Source of the DNA: Hyaloraphidium curvatum SAG 235-1 | Lineage: Eukaryota > Fungi > Monoblepharomycota | DNA: 64,000 bases | Reading direction: 5' to 3' | Assembly: GCA_025558095.1 (NCBI GenBank) | Contig: JAIVFI010000024.1 | Coordinates: forward strand, 496,001 to 560,000 | Part shown: positions 44,801 to 56,405 of the stretch, piece by piece | How the letters are laid out: every line of letters starts with the position of its first letter | Numbering within the stretch: the stretch's first letter is position 1 | Notes under the pieces: generated by a model | What the model saw: the letters and a program-made list of their open reading frames with translations, nothing else | Databases searched by the model: none | Told to the model about the DNA's origin: nothing | Program-made: the position numbers and the translations under genes

Positions 44801-46514
44801 AGACCTGCCTGCCGAGGCAAGCAAGCTGCACGACAGCGACCTGCTTTGGTTGGCCCGGTCGACCGGCCTGCCGCTCTCGGACCTTCCCGTCAGCGAATGG
44901 TTCGATGCAGAGTTCACGTCGCGGGACGGCTACAAGCGCACGACCTCGGTGATGGTGCGCGGCACCCTCGCGCTCTGTGCGGGAGAGCTTGCCGGCCGCA
45001 AGAGCATGAAGTCCACGTTCTTCTTCCAGACGGAGAGAGAAAGCTGGCAGCTGATCCAATTTGGGCTTGCATGGCGCCTCCTCTGCTACGCCGACCTCTT
45101 CGAGAAGGACGTCGACGAGGACGCGGCGATGATCGCCGCCTTCAAGCTTGCAGGACAGATCGTTGACAGGTACCGCGACAAGCTGGTGCCGTGGAAGACG
45201 CTCGAGCAGAAGGGCGCCGCGCAGTTCATCCCCAAGGGCATCGCGCCCAACAAACGGGTGAAAACGAACTTTGTTCCTGGTCAGAGGCAGCAGGGCATTC
45301 GTTTGGCGACGTCCTTTGCGCACGCTTCCGCGATCGTGGACAGGTGCGACCGCATCCAGCTCCTTTTGGAGGAGCAAGCTACGATCGGGGCCGAATGGGA
45401 CGCTGAAGAGAGGATGGACGAGATCACGTGTTCCTCTCCCGATTGCGGGCGCGATCTCCGCGACGATCGCCTCTTTGGCATCGTCTTTTGCTGTGTGGAG
45501 CTCAGGACCCTTTGCTTGCCGTGCTTTTCGACGGCACTCGAGGCAGATCCGAAGCGAATCGGGATTCGTTGCTCCGGGCCAGCGGAGCAGCATGGCAGCG
45601 ACGGCGCCGAGGAGCACGATGTGCCGTACTGGCGCCTTGCAATCATCGAGAACCCCAACGGACAGGAGCATGTGCCCGCGCCACTGGACCACGATGAAGA
45701 TTCCTCCTTCGGCTTTTCAAAAAAGGGCGACGGAGCCGATGATGGCGCCGCCAACGACGTCGCCGAGAACCCTGCCGACCAGGTCCGCGAGTTGCGACTG
45801 GAGTTCGGGACCAAGGTTGCATTCGCTGCGAGCCTCATCAGGGCCCGGCTAGGAGCCATCGGCAAAGGCTACAAGGCCCTGGTTTACAGCTCGCACAAGG
45901 AGGTGTGCAAGAACATGAAGGCTGCCCTGACCTTGGTCCTCGGCGACGCTGTCGATTACGTTTACCACTTCGAAGGCGGTGCCGAGGATCGGGCGCGCAT
46001 GCTGGTTGCCATGAACAGCTCCGCCTCGGTCGTGCTCATCATGGAGATGAAGGAGGAGACCACATGCGGCCTGCACTTTCCGCTCGGCCACGAAGTCTAC
46101 TTCCTGGACCCGCCGCCGTCGCCGAACATGGAGGAGCAGGCAAAGAGCCGGATCCATCGCCTCGGCCAGACCAAGGTGACGCGTGCCATCAGGCTCTACC
46201 TGGAACTGGACGGGAAGATCTCGGTCGATCAGGCTCTGTACCATGCCGTGCGAGGCCCCGGATCTCGCAAACAGGCCGGACCGGCTCACTGCCGCGAGGT
46301 TTATGCCCTCTGCTCGGGCGAAGCCCCGGAGGAGGACCCGGAGCAGGACTTCGTGGACGCTGAGGAAGGGGCGTCGATCATGGATGATGCGGAGGGGGGC
46401 GGCGAGGCCGTGGACGCCGACGGCGATGGAGCGGCGTACGGCGATGACGAAGACGACGACGTCGTCGAGAGCTCCGTGGTGGATGAGCGTGAGAGGCGCG
46501 AAACTCTGTTCTGA
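41869..46514 (+). CDS. Divergent SNF2-family helicase with RING-like insert (Rad5/16-like architecture)
   Basis: Phase-0 introns 42112-42168, 42523-42573, 42667-42719 and 43326-43379 join the upstream ORFs to the 43407 ORF. Motifs DEPGMGKT, IVDEAH, ITATP and QAKSRIHRLGQ; Cys cluster CSSPDC...CC...CLPC...C. Confidence 0.8.
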
Positions 46515-46714
46515 GCTGTCAAGAGGACGACATGTCACTCCCGGCCCATATCGCATGTTCCGCACCACAGAGTCCGTCATCTAGAAGAGATCATCTCTGC
46601 CATCTACATGCGGCTTTGATCCACCACGGAAATCATTCGTGAGTCGAGGTAGCTTTGAAGTGAGGCAAGGGAGTTTGGGATCGTCTCCCGCTTATCTCCG
46701 CCCCGCATCCGGCC

Positions 46715-47791
46715 ATGTCCGCGGCCGAGGCGGCCTCGCTGGCAACGCTGCCTGCCGAGCTCGTGCTCTGCGTGCTCCACCGCGTCCCGACGGCCGTGCT
46801 GCTCGTGCTGCGGGCCGCGTCCAAACGGCTTGCCTCCCTCTGCGATGCCACGCTCCGGTGGCGCGTCGATGCGTCGGCGGCCCACCGTTCCCTGGCCATC
46901 GAGCTCGTCGGGTGTTTCCGGCCCTGGGTCGGCGACGAGACGCGCTTCTGGTCGGTCTTTTATCGTGTCGTGGACGTCGTCTGCCCAGACGGGGTGACGC
47001 GAGAAGACGCTGGCTCCACACAAGCGGCGGATGCTCCCTTCCTCGAGTCGACAGTGGTTCTGGAGCCATGCGAGCAGCGGCTTTTGCGCTGCGCCTCGGC
47101 CTCGCAGGCCGCGGTGGCCCTCTGGACCCGAGGAGTTTTCGGGGCCGAACCCCCCGCTGCCGGGCGCTCTCGGCCGCGCCAGCCCCGGGACATCTACGGC
47201 TCGTCAGCGCTCTACGGCGCCGCATTCACGTACGACGCCTCGGACTACACCGGGACCGTGAAGGACATTGTCTCGTTTGACGTCTGCGAATCGGCTCCCT
47301 TTCGTTCCATCGCCGGCTTTACCGTCCCCACCCTTGAGCCTGCCTGGCTCGGACTGCGGGTCACGGGCCTCCTGGACGCCGACGAGGACGACTTCAACTT
47401 GTCTCCGACCCGCACCCCGTGCTTGCCGGCAGCGGCGCCGCCTCCGATCGCCGAAGGGCGCTCTGCGCAGATACCCTCCTTCCTCGGCCTCAGGACTGCC
47501 TTTGGCGCTTTCGTCGGCACGGCCCCGGGCATCGCCCTGCACCTCACTGTGTCGCCCGCCCGCCGGAGCCGCGGGTCGCCGCTCCAAATGGATGTTCAGA
47601 ACTGGGAGGGCGGCGCCCCGATCGGGTCGAGGCTGGCGCACCTCCTCCCGGGCAGGCTCGAGGTAAAGGGCGGGCTGTTGGTCGCCAAAGGGTGCTCGGG
47701 GAGGGAAGAGGCGTGGAAGAAGGGGAGAAAGGTTCGACCTGTGACCTTGCCTCTCGTGTGCACGAGGATCGAGGGATCGAGCGGATCGTGA
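46715..47791 (+). CDS. F-box-like protein
   Basis: N-terminal LATLPAELVLCVLHRVPTAVLLVLRAASKRLASLC is an F-box consensus. Confidence 0.7.
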   Translation: MSAAEAASLATLPAELVLCVLHRVPTAVLLVLRAASKRLASLCDATLRWRVDASAAHRSLAIELVGCFRPWVGDETRFWSVFYRVVDVVCPDGVTREDAGSTQAADAPFLESTVVLEPCEQRLLRCASASQAAVALWTRGVFGAEPPAAGRSRPRQPRDIYGSSALYGAAFTYDASDYTGTVKDIVSFDVCESAPFRSIAGFTVPTLEPAWLGLRVTGLLDADEDDFNLSPTRTPCLPAAAPPPIAEGRSAQIPSFLGLRTAFGAFVGTAPGIALHLTVSPARRSRGSPLQMDVQNWEGGAPIGSRLAHLLPGRLEVKGGLLVAKGCSGREEAWKKGRKVRPVTLPLVCTRIEGSSGS

Positions 47792-47938
47792 GGCCTGTAT
47801 GCCTTGCCATTGGCACATGAAGCAAGCACATAGAGATGGAACCTTGGGAGAAACCGTTAGATCACATGCGTCGGACGTTCGCGGTTGATGCGCGCGTCCC
47901 AACTGTCAGATACGGAACAGTTCCCTGCGCCCGCAAAC

Positions 47939-48982
47939 ATGGCCGCCCTCCGCGCGCTCGACGCCGTTGCGGTGGCGATTGCGCTGCCGACGCTCGCCAA
48001 GGACTTTGCGCACGCGGCGGGGCGGCGCACGCGCGTGGGCGATACGGCGGCCGGCGCGCTGTTCCGCTTCCTGGATTTCCGCACGGCGCACCTGCTGACG
48101 CCGGCGTCGTGGCTCGCCGTCGACTATTTGCTGGCGCGCGCCGCGCTGGCCGCGCTCCGCTCGCGGCTGTCGGCGCCGGCGAGGGCCGCGCTGGCGCTGC
48201 TCTCCGCGGTCGTGACTCCGCTGGCCGTCGTCTACCCGCTGCTGTGGATCTACAACGTCCTGGGCATGCTGGCGTGGCGCAACCCGCCGATCCACATCGA
48301 CAAGCGCGCACACTTCCCCCGCTCGGCGCTGTTCGAGGACCCGGCGACGTGGAAGGCGCTCCGGAAGGAGCTGGACGCCGTGCTGCGCGAGGACCCGCCC
48401 GACAGGCGCTTCCTCGATCTGTTCGGCAACGTGACCTTTGTGGAGGAGGGCCCGACGGGCAGAACGGGCGAGGGCAACGGCTGGAGGACCCTGTTCCTGC
48501 GGATGGGCGGCAAGGACGTCAAGGCAAACAGGGAACGCTTGCCGGCGCTGGCGGCCCTGCTGGACGGCATGCCCGAGGTTTACAATGCCTTTTTCTCCAT
48601 CCTCATGCCCGGAACCAGCTTGGCGCCCCACCGTGGCTACTTCAAAGGTTTCCTCCGATACCACCTGGGGATGGTCGTTCCCGAGCCGGACCTGGCGACG
48701 CTCATCGTCGGCGGCAAGCGATATCACTGGCGGGAGGTGGGCTTCCCTCAAGTCATCCCAGTTGTGGCAGCTAACTGTCATGTCCCGCCTTTCCAGGGCG
48801 AAGGCGTCCTCTTCGACGATATGTACATCCACGCGGTCGAGAATCGCTGCACCAAGCCGCGGATCGTGCTCTTCCTCGACGTCGTGCGGCCGCTCGGGAC
48901 CGTGGGCGCGGCGGCGACCAAGACGATGGGCTGGATCGTGGACAACCACCCGCTGCACGCGAGGATCAGGGACAAGCTGTAG
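47939..48982 (+). CDS. Aspartyl/asparaginyl beta-hydroxylase-family 2OG-Fe(II) oxygenase with N-terminal membrane anchor
   Basis: FSILMPGTSLAPHRG..LRYHLG...W.E|GEGVLFDD..IH.V.N...RIVLFLDV; in-frame intron ~48737-48796. Confidence 0.88.
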   Translation: MAALRALDAVAVAIALPTLAKDFAHAAGRRTRVGDTAAGALFRFLDFRTAHLLTPASWLAVDYLLARAALAALRSRLSAPARAALALLSAVVTPLAVVYPLLWIYNVLGMLAWRNPPIHIDKRAHFPRSALFEDPATWKALRKELDAVLREDPPDRRFLDLFGNVTFVEEGPTGRTGEGNGWRTLFLRMGGKDVKANRERLPALAALLDGMPEVYNAFFSILMPGTSLAPHRGYFKGFLRYHLGMVVPEPDLATLIVGGKRYHWREVGFPQVIPVVAANCHVPPFQGEGVLFDDMYIHAVENRCTKPRIVLFLDVVRPLGTVGAAATKTMGWIVDNHPLHARIRDKL

Positions 48983-49357
48983 GGCGCGCCATGCTGTTGC
49001 GTGGCTCGCGTGGACCTATTTGGGAAGGAAGTGCGCGCAGCGATGGAGTCTAGTCTTTTGAGTACTCGTAATCGAATAGTACGTGCCGCCTCCTTTCGAG
49101 CGGTCCGTGTCCGCGGCTTCTGACACTCTTTCAAGACCATTTGGGGGATCGGGCCACAGCACACTAGGTAACGCCAAGGTTTGCGAGGGGTTTGGCCCTC
49201 GGATGACTTCCTTGGCCACAGGCTGGTCTGACTCCCAACGGGCCCGACAACACAGCCCTCGCGTCCCTCCGTCGAATCACATCTCGCAAACACACACCAG
49301 GCGGCGAATGGCCGCCAAGAACCAGTGGGCCACGCTAAGCGCACCTGGCCCGCCGCA

Positions 49358-51497
49358 ATGGTGGGTGCCTGCGCGCCGCCGCGATGCACCGGTGCCGCCG
49401 ACTCACTCCATGTCACCCGCCGCTCGCGCGCTCGCTGAATCGCTGTTTACTGGCGGCCGGTCACTGCTTACGCCGGCAGGCCTTCGAAAACTATCTCCGC
49501 TCCCTCACTACCTGCTTCTACCGCCGCAAGCGCATCTCCGCCATCCTCGCCGAGGCCGACGAGCTGCACTTCCGCCGCGCACTGTCAGTCTGGGACCTCC
49601 TGAGCCTCGGCATCGGCGGCATCATCGGCGCCGGCATCTTCTCGCTCACCGGCATCGCCGCGGGTGCCCATGCCGGGCCCGCCGTCATCGTGTCGTACGC
49701 AATCGCCGGCTTCGTGTCGTTGTTTGCTGCCCTATGCTATTCCGAGTTCGGCGCCTGCATTCCCGTCAGCGGCTCCGCCTATAGCTTCGTTTACACCAGT
49801 TTGGGCGAGCTGCTGGCGTGGATCGTTGGCTGGGACTTGATCCTGGAGTACCTCATTTCGGGCTCCGCGGTCGCCGTTGGCTGGTCCGCATACCTCGAGG
49901 CCTTCTTTGTGGACGCCTCCGGCGGAAAGATAGCCGGATTCTACGTGGGTGATCATTCTCTGCACCAGCGCCTCAACTCACACCCCACCTGGTTCGTATT
50001 GGCCCTGCTGCGATGCGCTGGGATTGGCCCTGCTGCGATGCGCTGGGCTACCAGTACCCAATCGTTACTGCTCCATTCATCTGGTTGGATGACAACGGCG
50101 GCGAAGTGGTGCGGCAGTGCAATGGACCAGATCCGACCGCTCCAGGGTATGAATGCGGGATCATCAATTTGCCAGCAATCGCCATCTGCCTCGCCCTGAC
50201 CATAGCACTGGTTGCGGGCACCAAGGAGACCGCCACGCTCAACAACATCGGCGTCTCCTTGAAGGTCCTCATCATCCTCATCTTCGTGTTCTCCGGGGCG
50301 CCGTTCGTCAACACTGCGAACTACCTGCCTTTCGTACCTCCGAGCGAGGGAGGAACCAAGTACGGAGTGCAGGGAGTTTTCAAGGCAGCGATGACTGTGT
50401 TTTTTGGATTTCTAGGTTTTGACGGCGCTACCACAGGTTGGTGCTTACCGGACTAAGCTTCCCTGATGCTGACCTTGCTCCAGTTGCCCAGGAAGCAAGA
50501 AATCCGCAACGCGATCTCCCTCTTAGCATCATGGGCAGCCTGCTCATTGCCACCATTCTCTGTGAGCTGCATCCGCTTCGTGCGTGCTGCAGAATGTATA
50601 ATCTGATGGATCATGATCCAGATATGAGTGTCGCCACGGTCATGGTTGGATTGGTTCCATACCCCGAGCTCAACACCGCGGCCCCCATGAGCGTCGCGAT
50701 TGCGGCCACAGGGCTCACGTGGCTCGCCGCCCTCACCGATTTCGGCGCCCTCCTTGGGCTCACTACCGTCATCCTCATCTCAATTATGGGCCAACCTCGG
50801 ATATTTGCCTCCATGGCCCGAGACGGCCTCATGCCCCGTACATTCGCAAAGATCAGCCCCAGAACCGGCACGCCGATCATGCCGACGATCCTGTGCGGCG
50901 TCCTTGCAGCCATCGGCGCCGGCCTGCTCCCGATCGACTTCCTGGCAAACATGACCAGCGTCGGCACCCTCATGGCTTTCTTCCTCGTTTGCCTCGCGCT
51001 CCCGGCTTCGAGGCTCCTCTACCCGGATGTCAAGCGGCCCTTCAAGATCGGCGGGGAGAGCAAGGCAGGGGAGGTGTTTATGTGGATGTGGTGCTTGTTT
51101 GGCGGTGAGTCTCTCGGGGTGCAGCGCATGTAATGCGCCTGAGCTGAATCCGTGATGCAGCATTTGTCTCTATGGGCCTCCTCGTGGTTTCGTCTATCGG
51201 CGTCACCCAGGTCGTCTACAGGGTGCTGGTCTGGGACGGGATCGGCATCATCTTCTACCTGCTCTACGGGTAGGTCGCAATCCGCCGATTGATGGCCAAT
51301 GTCTGATCTCTGCTCTCGTTCCAAGAGTGTGGAGCTCCAACCTGGCGAGGAATCCAGTGGGGGAAATGGACGGCGAGGAAGCCAAAGGGTCAGGGGCAAG
51401 CAAACCCGAAGGCGTCCAGGTCGCAGTCAAGCAGAGCGAGGAGATGGATGCTGAGGCGGGGGACGCCGAAGCTGTGTCGCGGACGGAGGCTGTGTAG
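49358..51497 (+). CDS. APC-superfamily cationic amino acid transporter-like permease (multi-exon)
   Basis: LGIGGIIGAGIF, AGPAVIVSY, CYSEFG..IPVSGSAY, GWDLILEY, FLGFD..QEARNPQRDLP, GQPRIFASMARDGL, SVGTL. Start uncertain (49308 or 49358). Confidence 0.92.
49998..50047. repeat. Perfect 25-bp tandem duplication inside an intron
   Basis: attggccctgctgcgatgcgctggg x2. Confidence 0.9.
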
Positions 51498-51689
51498 AGG
51501 ATCGTAGGACATCTATGAGCGCGGCGAGCAGCAGGTGCAGATCAGAGCTTTCGTGAAGTTGGTCTAGCTGTAAGGTAAACGAGAACTTCGTACACCGCAA
51601 TCTATCACGTTATTGTCCGCTGAAAGAACACGTTGAATCAAAAAGGGCTGTAATCCGGCTTCGGTGCTCTCACCTCTGTCCACGCGTGC

Positions 51690-52031
51690 TCACAAGTCCG
51701 GAGCAGGAGCGGTGGTGCGGACCTTGATCGTGATTCGGAAGTAGTCGTGGTTGTCTTTGAACCAGGTAGCACAAGCAGCTTCGCCGGTCCATGCGACGCC
51801 GTTCCAGTCACACTGGATGGTCACGTTGTCGTCGCGGACGGCCAGCAAGACGTCCGAGCGGTCGGGATTCTGCTTGACCAGCTTCCACTTGCGCAGGCCC
51901 TTCTCGTCGCCCTTTTCTTGCCTGACATCCCGCTGCATGCCGAAGTGGTCGAACGTGGCGGGGCCGAGGACCCAGCTGCCCTCGCGGCCGTCGAAGATCA
52001 CGTCCCGCGCCATGCGGGCGTGGTCCGTCAT
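51690..52031 (-). CDS. Small hypothetical protein (113 aa)
   Basis: Coding-biased ORF with globular-looking composition; no family recognised. Confidence 0.45.
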   Translation of the reverse strand: MTDHARMARDVIFDGREGSWVLGPATFDHFGMQRDVRQEKGDEKGLRKWKLVKQNPDRSDVLLAVRDDNVTIQCDWNGVAWTGEAACATWFKDNHDYFRITIKVRTTAPAPDL

Positions 52032-52270
52032 CGTCGGCAAGTCTGGTTTGGACCAAATCAGAGGAAAGAATGGAAGCAAGACAATCACTGCCTTGCCTAT
52101 TGACTCGCGGACGAAGCGTGTACGAGCGTAGGAGAGCAGAATTGTGCGGAATGAGTTGAGATGGTCGTTGAGAGGCGGTTAGATGAGCCAATACCAGGCC
52201 CCTCGCGTCAGCTTATACCGCCTACTCGAGCATCGCGATCCAAGTCTCGAACATGACCTGCTGCGCTATC

Positions 52271-52830
52271 TCAGGCGGAAGCCCGCCGATCGACCCGTCC
52301 GCGATCCACCGCTTCCACTTCGCAACCTCTAGCACGTCGCCCATCAGCGATCCGCTGTATATTGGAGTGCCAAGCGTCGTCAACATTGAACGGAACGAGC
52401 TTTGACGCGTTTGCTAGCATCCAGCTCACGGCTCCGTCGGCGAAGTAGTGCAGGGCATTAAGAAACGAGTCGTTCAAGCGGAAGGGGCCGACGACCTCCG
52501 TCCATCCAGGCCTGCAGGAAGCCAACGTGATCCAACGCGGCTGCGATGTCCGTCGCAGACCACGCCTCCGTTTCCGAGCCGCTCGGTCCTCCGACGTCCG
52601 GGTCCTCGAACATGGCCTCCTGTAGCGCCCGGACGCGCTCGTTCCTCTGCGCGGCGCCGGGCGGGGGAACGATCTCGCGCAGCTGCTCCGCGTTTCCCGT
52701 CGCGGCGGCGACGATGACGGGCGGCACAGTTGCGCTCTGCATTGATACAGCGCCGCAGATCGCGCAGAACGTCGAGCATTTCGGGGAGCGTCGCGCAGAT
52801 GGGAGGGGTGGGATCTTCGTCCCATGCGTG
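52271..52830 (-). pseudogene. Frameshifted ankyrin-like repeat gene remnant
   Basis: VIVAAATGNAEQLREIV and ATDIAAALDHVGFLQAW look ankyrin-like; the reading continues only via frame changes. Confidence 0.35.
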
Positions 52831-52842
52831 TAAGGCCGTTCG

Positions 52843-53367
52843 ATGTCCGAACCCGTCTCCCCGCCGCCGCTGTCTGCGCTCGGGCGGCATCCCCTGCTCT
52901 TTGCGCCGGCGCGGCTGCCCGCGGCGCGCATCGCGGGGCTGCTTCGGTTCCCCGGCCTGCCCGACGACGCCGACACCTGGCTGCTCGCCCCCGGCATGCA
53001 CCCCGTGCGGCGCGCAGAGGTCATGGGAATCGTCGTCGGTATCGAGCACACACGTGCCGCCACAATGCACATTTTGGACGACGGGACCGGCGTGGTCCGC
53101 GTGGTCGAGCTGATACCCAAGGACAGGCAGAACTCCATGGACTCCCCGCGGACATTCGAAATCGGAACACTGCTGCGGGCCTCGGGGATCGTCACGCAGT
53201 GGGGTGAGCAGATGAGGCTGACCCTGAACGACGCGAGGGTCGAGGAGCCCGCCGCGGAGCCGGCGTGGTGGTTGGGCTGCGTCGAGCTGGAACGGGACGT
53301 GTACTCGAAGCCGTGGGACGTCGTGGCGGGCCTGAGGGACGAAAAGAAGGAGCAACCTCGGACATAA
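52843..53367 (+). CDS. STN1: CST complex subunit Stn1-like OB-fold protein
   Basis: HPVRRAEVMGIVVG..LDDGTG...EIGTLLRASG.V..W....L...DVYSKPW follows the Stn1 N-terminal OB pattern. Confidence 0.75.
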   Translation: MSEPVSPPPLSALGRHPLLFAPARLPAARIAGLLRFPGLPDDADTWLLAPGMHPVRRAEVMGIVVGIEHTRAATMHILDDGTGVVRVVELIPKDRQNSMDSPRTFEIGTLLRASGIVTQWGEQMRLTLNDARVEEPAAEPAWWLGCVELERDVYSKPWDVVAGLRDEKKEQPRT

Positions 53368-53576
53368 GCTGCCATTGGGTGCGAAGGGCAAATGGTTGTG
53401 GTTCTCCAGCTCCAGTCAGCTGCCCGAATTCGACTCCCTACCGGGGCCGCAACTGATTGTTCTCTGACGTTCAAGAGGCTCATAGACATTAGTCTCTAAA
53501 TGCCGGTAATAAACTAGACTACACATTTACGTGCCCGGCGTAGGAGCACCTCTTGGATAGATACTTCGCCTTTCGC

Positions 53577-54981
53577 TCACTTGAACGTGCCCGGCACCAC
53601 GCTCTGCCACACCTCCAGGAAGCCGAACCGGCCCCAAGCCTTCCGGATCCGCTCCTTGTCGCCGATATGGCTCAGGTACTCGTCGAACTTCTCCTGCAGG
53701 AACTTGGCCGCCCCGCCGAGCCCGCCGAGGTCCGTGAACCTGCCCAGGTGGTCCGCCCAGAAGAATCCCTCCTGGAACCCGGGCTTTCCGTCGTTCTCCT
53801 TCCCGGGCAGCCTCACGACGCCCTTGACGAACGCCGCGAGGTCCTTGTACGCCTCGATGCACGCGGGATCGTAAAACTCCTGTGCGAAGAAGTGGGTCGC
53901 CTCGGCGTACACGACGCAGCGCGACGGAATGCCCGCTCCGGTAAGGCGACCGTAGAGCAGAATCCCGTCGTCCCGCAGCCTGTCAACGTCTCCGATCTCG
54001 ATCCAGGTGGGCGGGAAGCCGCGTGACTTCAGCTCCGCGGGGTCGGCGCGGAGCGGAGACACGACAGGGTCCGTGAGAAGCTCCCGAGAGGGCACGTAGG
54101 CGGGCAGTGCGACAGGATCCTCGCCTCCGACGTGCGCCTCGGAACGGCCCGAGAGAATGCACTGCGTCGCCGTGTGCGTCGAGGGACCCGAGTACAATGG
54201 GTCAACGAACGGCGTCCACAGCGCGAGGCCGGCGGGTTTCGGCATGTCGTGGAGGGTCAGGTAAACGCAGAGGGCCGCGGCGAGATTTGATCCCGCGCTG
54301 TTGCCCGAGACGACAATTTGGCTCGGCTGGTAGCCCTGCTCTTCGATAAGCCACTGAAATTGGGAGAAAATGAGCTTAGGCGACGGCAATACATTGCCAA
54401 AGTGATCCCACCATGAAGGACGAAACCGCGTCGTGGAGGGCGCAAGGGTACGGCTCCGCCGGCGCGAGCCGGTACGTCGGCGCGACCAGCTTGACGCTGC
54501 CGCCCACCAGCTGTGCCAGGCGGATGTTGTGGGCGCGGACGTTGGCAGGCTCCCCGATCGTGTAGCCACCGCCATAAAACTTGAGCACGATGGTGTGCAC
54601 CGCCTTGTCCGTCGCGCGGCTCGCCTCGGTCTCCACGATCTCGGCCTCGATGGGGTCCACCAGGCCCTCGAGGAGATCGTCGGCGAACTTGCGGCGGGGG
54701 ATCACTGCGGTCGAGAAGAGCAGGCCCTCGGGCATCTTGGGCGGCTTGGCACCGTGCACCTTTGGCCGCCGCTTGGGCGCGTCCGGGGACGGCCGCATGA
54801 GGGCGCCGTATTTGATGAGGCCGCGGAGCATGCTGTTGGCGAAGTCGCGGAGCATGGACCAGTGCTCGATCTTCGGGTCGCGCTTCAATATGCCGAGCGC
54901 TTGGAGAAGGTGCGACCCGAGGACGCGGACGCCGACCGGCCCCAGGAGGGCGAGGGCAACAAAGGCGGCCTTGGCCGACAT
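53577..54981 (-). CDS. HSL/GDXG-family alpha/beta hydrolase
   Basis: YGGGY, YRLAPAEPYPCALHDA, GNSAG, DRLRDDG and EATHFF; one intron ~54364-54427. Confidence 0.88.
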
Positions 54982-55261
54982 GGCGGCGGCGGTGCGGAGA
55001 GGTTTGCTCGAAGCAGGTTGCCGAGGTCGCCGACTGGAGGTGGGCGTGGGGGACGTGTTTACCCGCGACGTCAATTTAGGCTCCGCCGTTGCTGCTTCGA
55101 ATCTCGAGCGCCGACCGGAAGCGCATCTCAGGTGCAGTTGTAAGAAGTGGATGTCTCCTTGCAGCTCCACGAGCGATTCGGTCTAGGTAGACAAAGATGC
55201 CGCTGCTCAGTTGCCAGCTTTGTCCTCAGCTCCCCCTCTGCTCGTCAACCCCCGCCTCCCC

Positions 55262-55689
55262 CTGTCGAGTATCAACTCTGCCGCCTCGCTGATGCTCCAA
55301 AAGATGCCCACGTCGGCCCGCAAGTTCGTCGTCGACGGCAAGAGCACGTACATGCCCAAGGTCGGCATCGAGGAGCTCGCCAAGAACGCCGGGCAGGACC
55401 TCGTGCTCAACCTGAGGGCCGAAAAGGTGAGAATCGGTACTGCATAGCGAGTCCGCAAGGCTAACAGCGAGATTTTTTTGAGTTGGACAAGCGCGACAGC
55501 GGCTTCCTCGGGTTCGGCGGCAAAGGCAGCGATCCGTTCCTCGTCATCAGCCGGCCGAGCCGCGAGGGCGGCCTGGTGCCGATCGTGCAGACCGAGGTGG
55601 TGCCCAAGAACCTGAACCCCACGTGGCAGCCGCTGCGTCTGCACCTGGACGCCCTGTGCCGCGGAGACTTGGACGTGCCGCTTCTGCTC
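55262..55689 (+). pseudogene. Truncated fragment of a diverged paralog of the giant gene's pre-C2+C2 region
   Basis: GKSTYMP..EELAKNAGQD..RAEK|LDKRD..GSDPFL..RPSREGGLVPI..TEVVPKNLNPTW..LDALCRGDLDVPLL aligns to 20450-20862. It has its own intron (55427-55482); similarity stops mid-C2. Confidence 0.75.
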
Positions 55690-55925
55690 CGCTCCGAGGA
55701 TGCCGTCGCCGGGACTCTTCCTCCCCTGTTTCGTGCCCCAGAACGTGCTGAACAGCGCCCACGCCAATGACACGGTAGACGACATGGCACGGGAGCAGAC
55801 GAGCACTGACACTCGCAAGCCACTCCTTCCAGCGCAAATGAAGCGGCGGCGGCTTGACGAACACGTCCCCGTTCGGCTGACCCTCGCACATGGCCTCCTC
55901 AAGCAGCTCGCACTTCTTCCAATCC

Positions 55926-56405
55926 TCATAAGCAGCTCCGCCTGCAGACCGGGCACGCGGCCTTCTCTAAAAGCCAGAAGTCCACACACCCCGCGTGGAA
56001 TGTATGTTGGCAACCGAGGGTCCGCAGCGCCGACGGCGCCTCCCGGGGAGCGAGGGCCGACAAGCACACACAGCAGTCCTCGCCCGCAACGTCGGGTCTT
56101 TGCGGGTCCGCCGTGTCCGGTTGGCCGTCTGGGTGTCCCGGGATCCACTGCGGAAACTTGTCCTCTATCGCCTCGGGCGCCATCGCACCCCCGGAACCCC
56201 CGCCTGTCCCGAGCAGCATGGACAGCGGCGCGGCAATGGCGGTGGCCAGTAGTGCGAGGCCGCCGCCAGAGTCGCCGAACACGCGCTTCGCGATTTCGGT
56301 CAGGCCTATGAACGCCGCGAAGCCCAGCGCCGCCGATGCCGCCTGCAGCGCCGCCAACATGGCGACCGTCGACAGCGGGAGGTCGCCCGCGTCGAAATCG
56401 TCCAT
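55926..56405 (-). CDS. Small membrane-anchored RING-H2 E3 ligase-like protein
   Basis: CVC...CQHTFHAGC..W....CPVC; hydrophobic N-terminal helices. Confidence 0.75.
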   Translation of the reverse strand: MDDFDAGDLPLSTVAMLAALQAASAALGFAAFIGLTEIAKRVFGDSGGGLALLATAIAAPLSMLLGTGGGSGGAMAPEAIEDKFPQWIPGHPDGQPDTADPQRPDVAGEDCCVCLSALAPREAPSALRTLGCQHTFHAGCVDFWLLEKAACPVCRRSCL

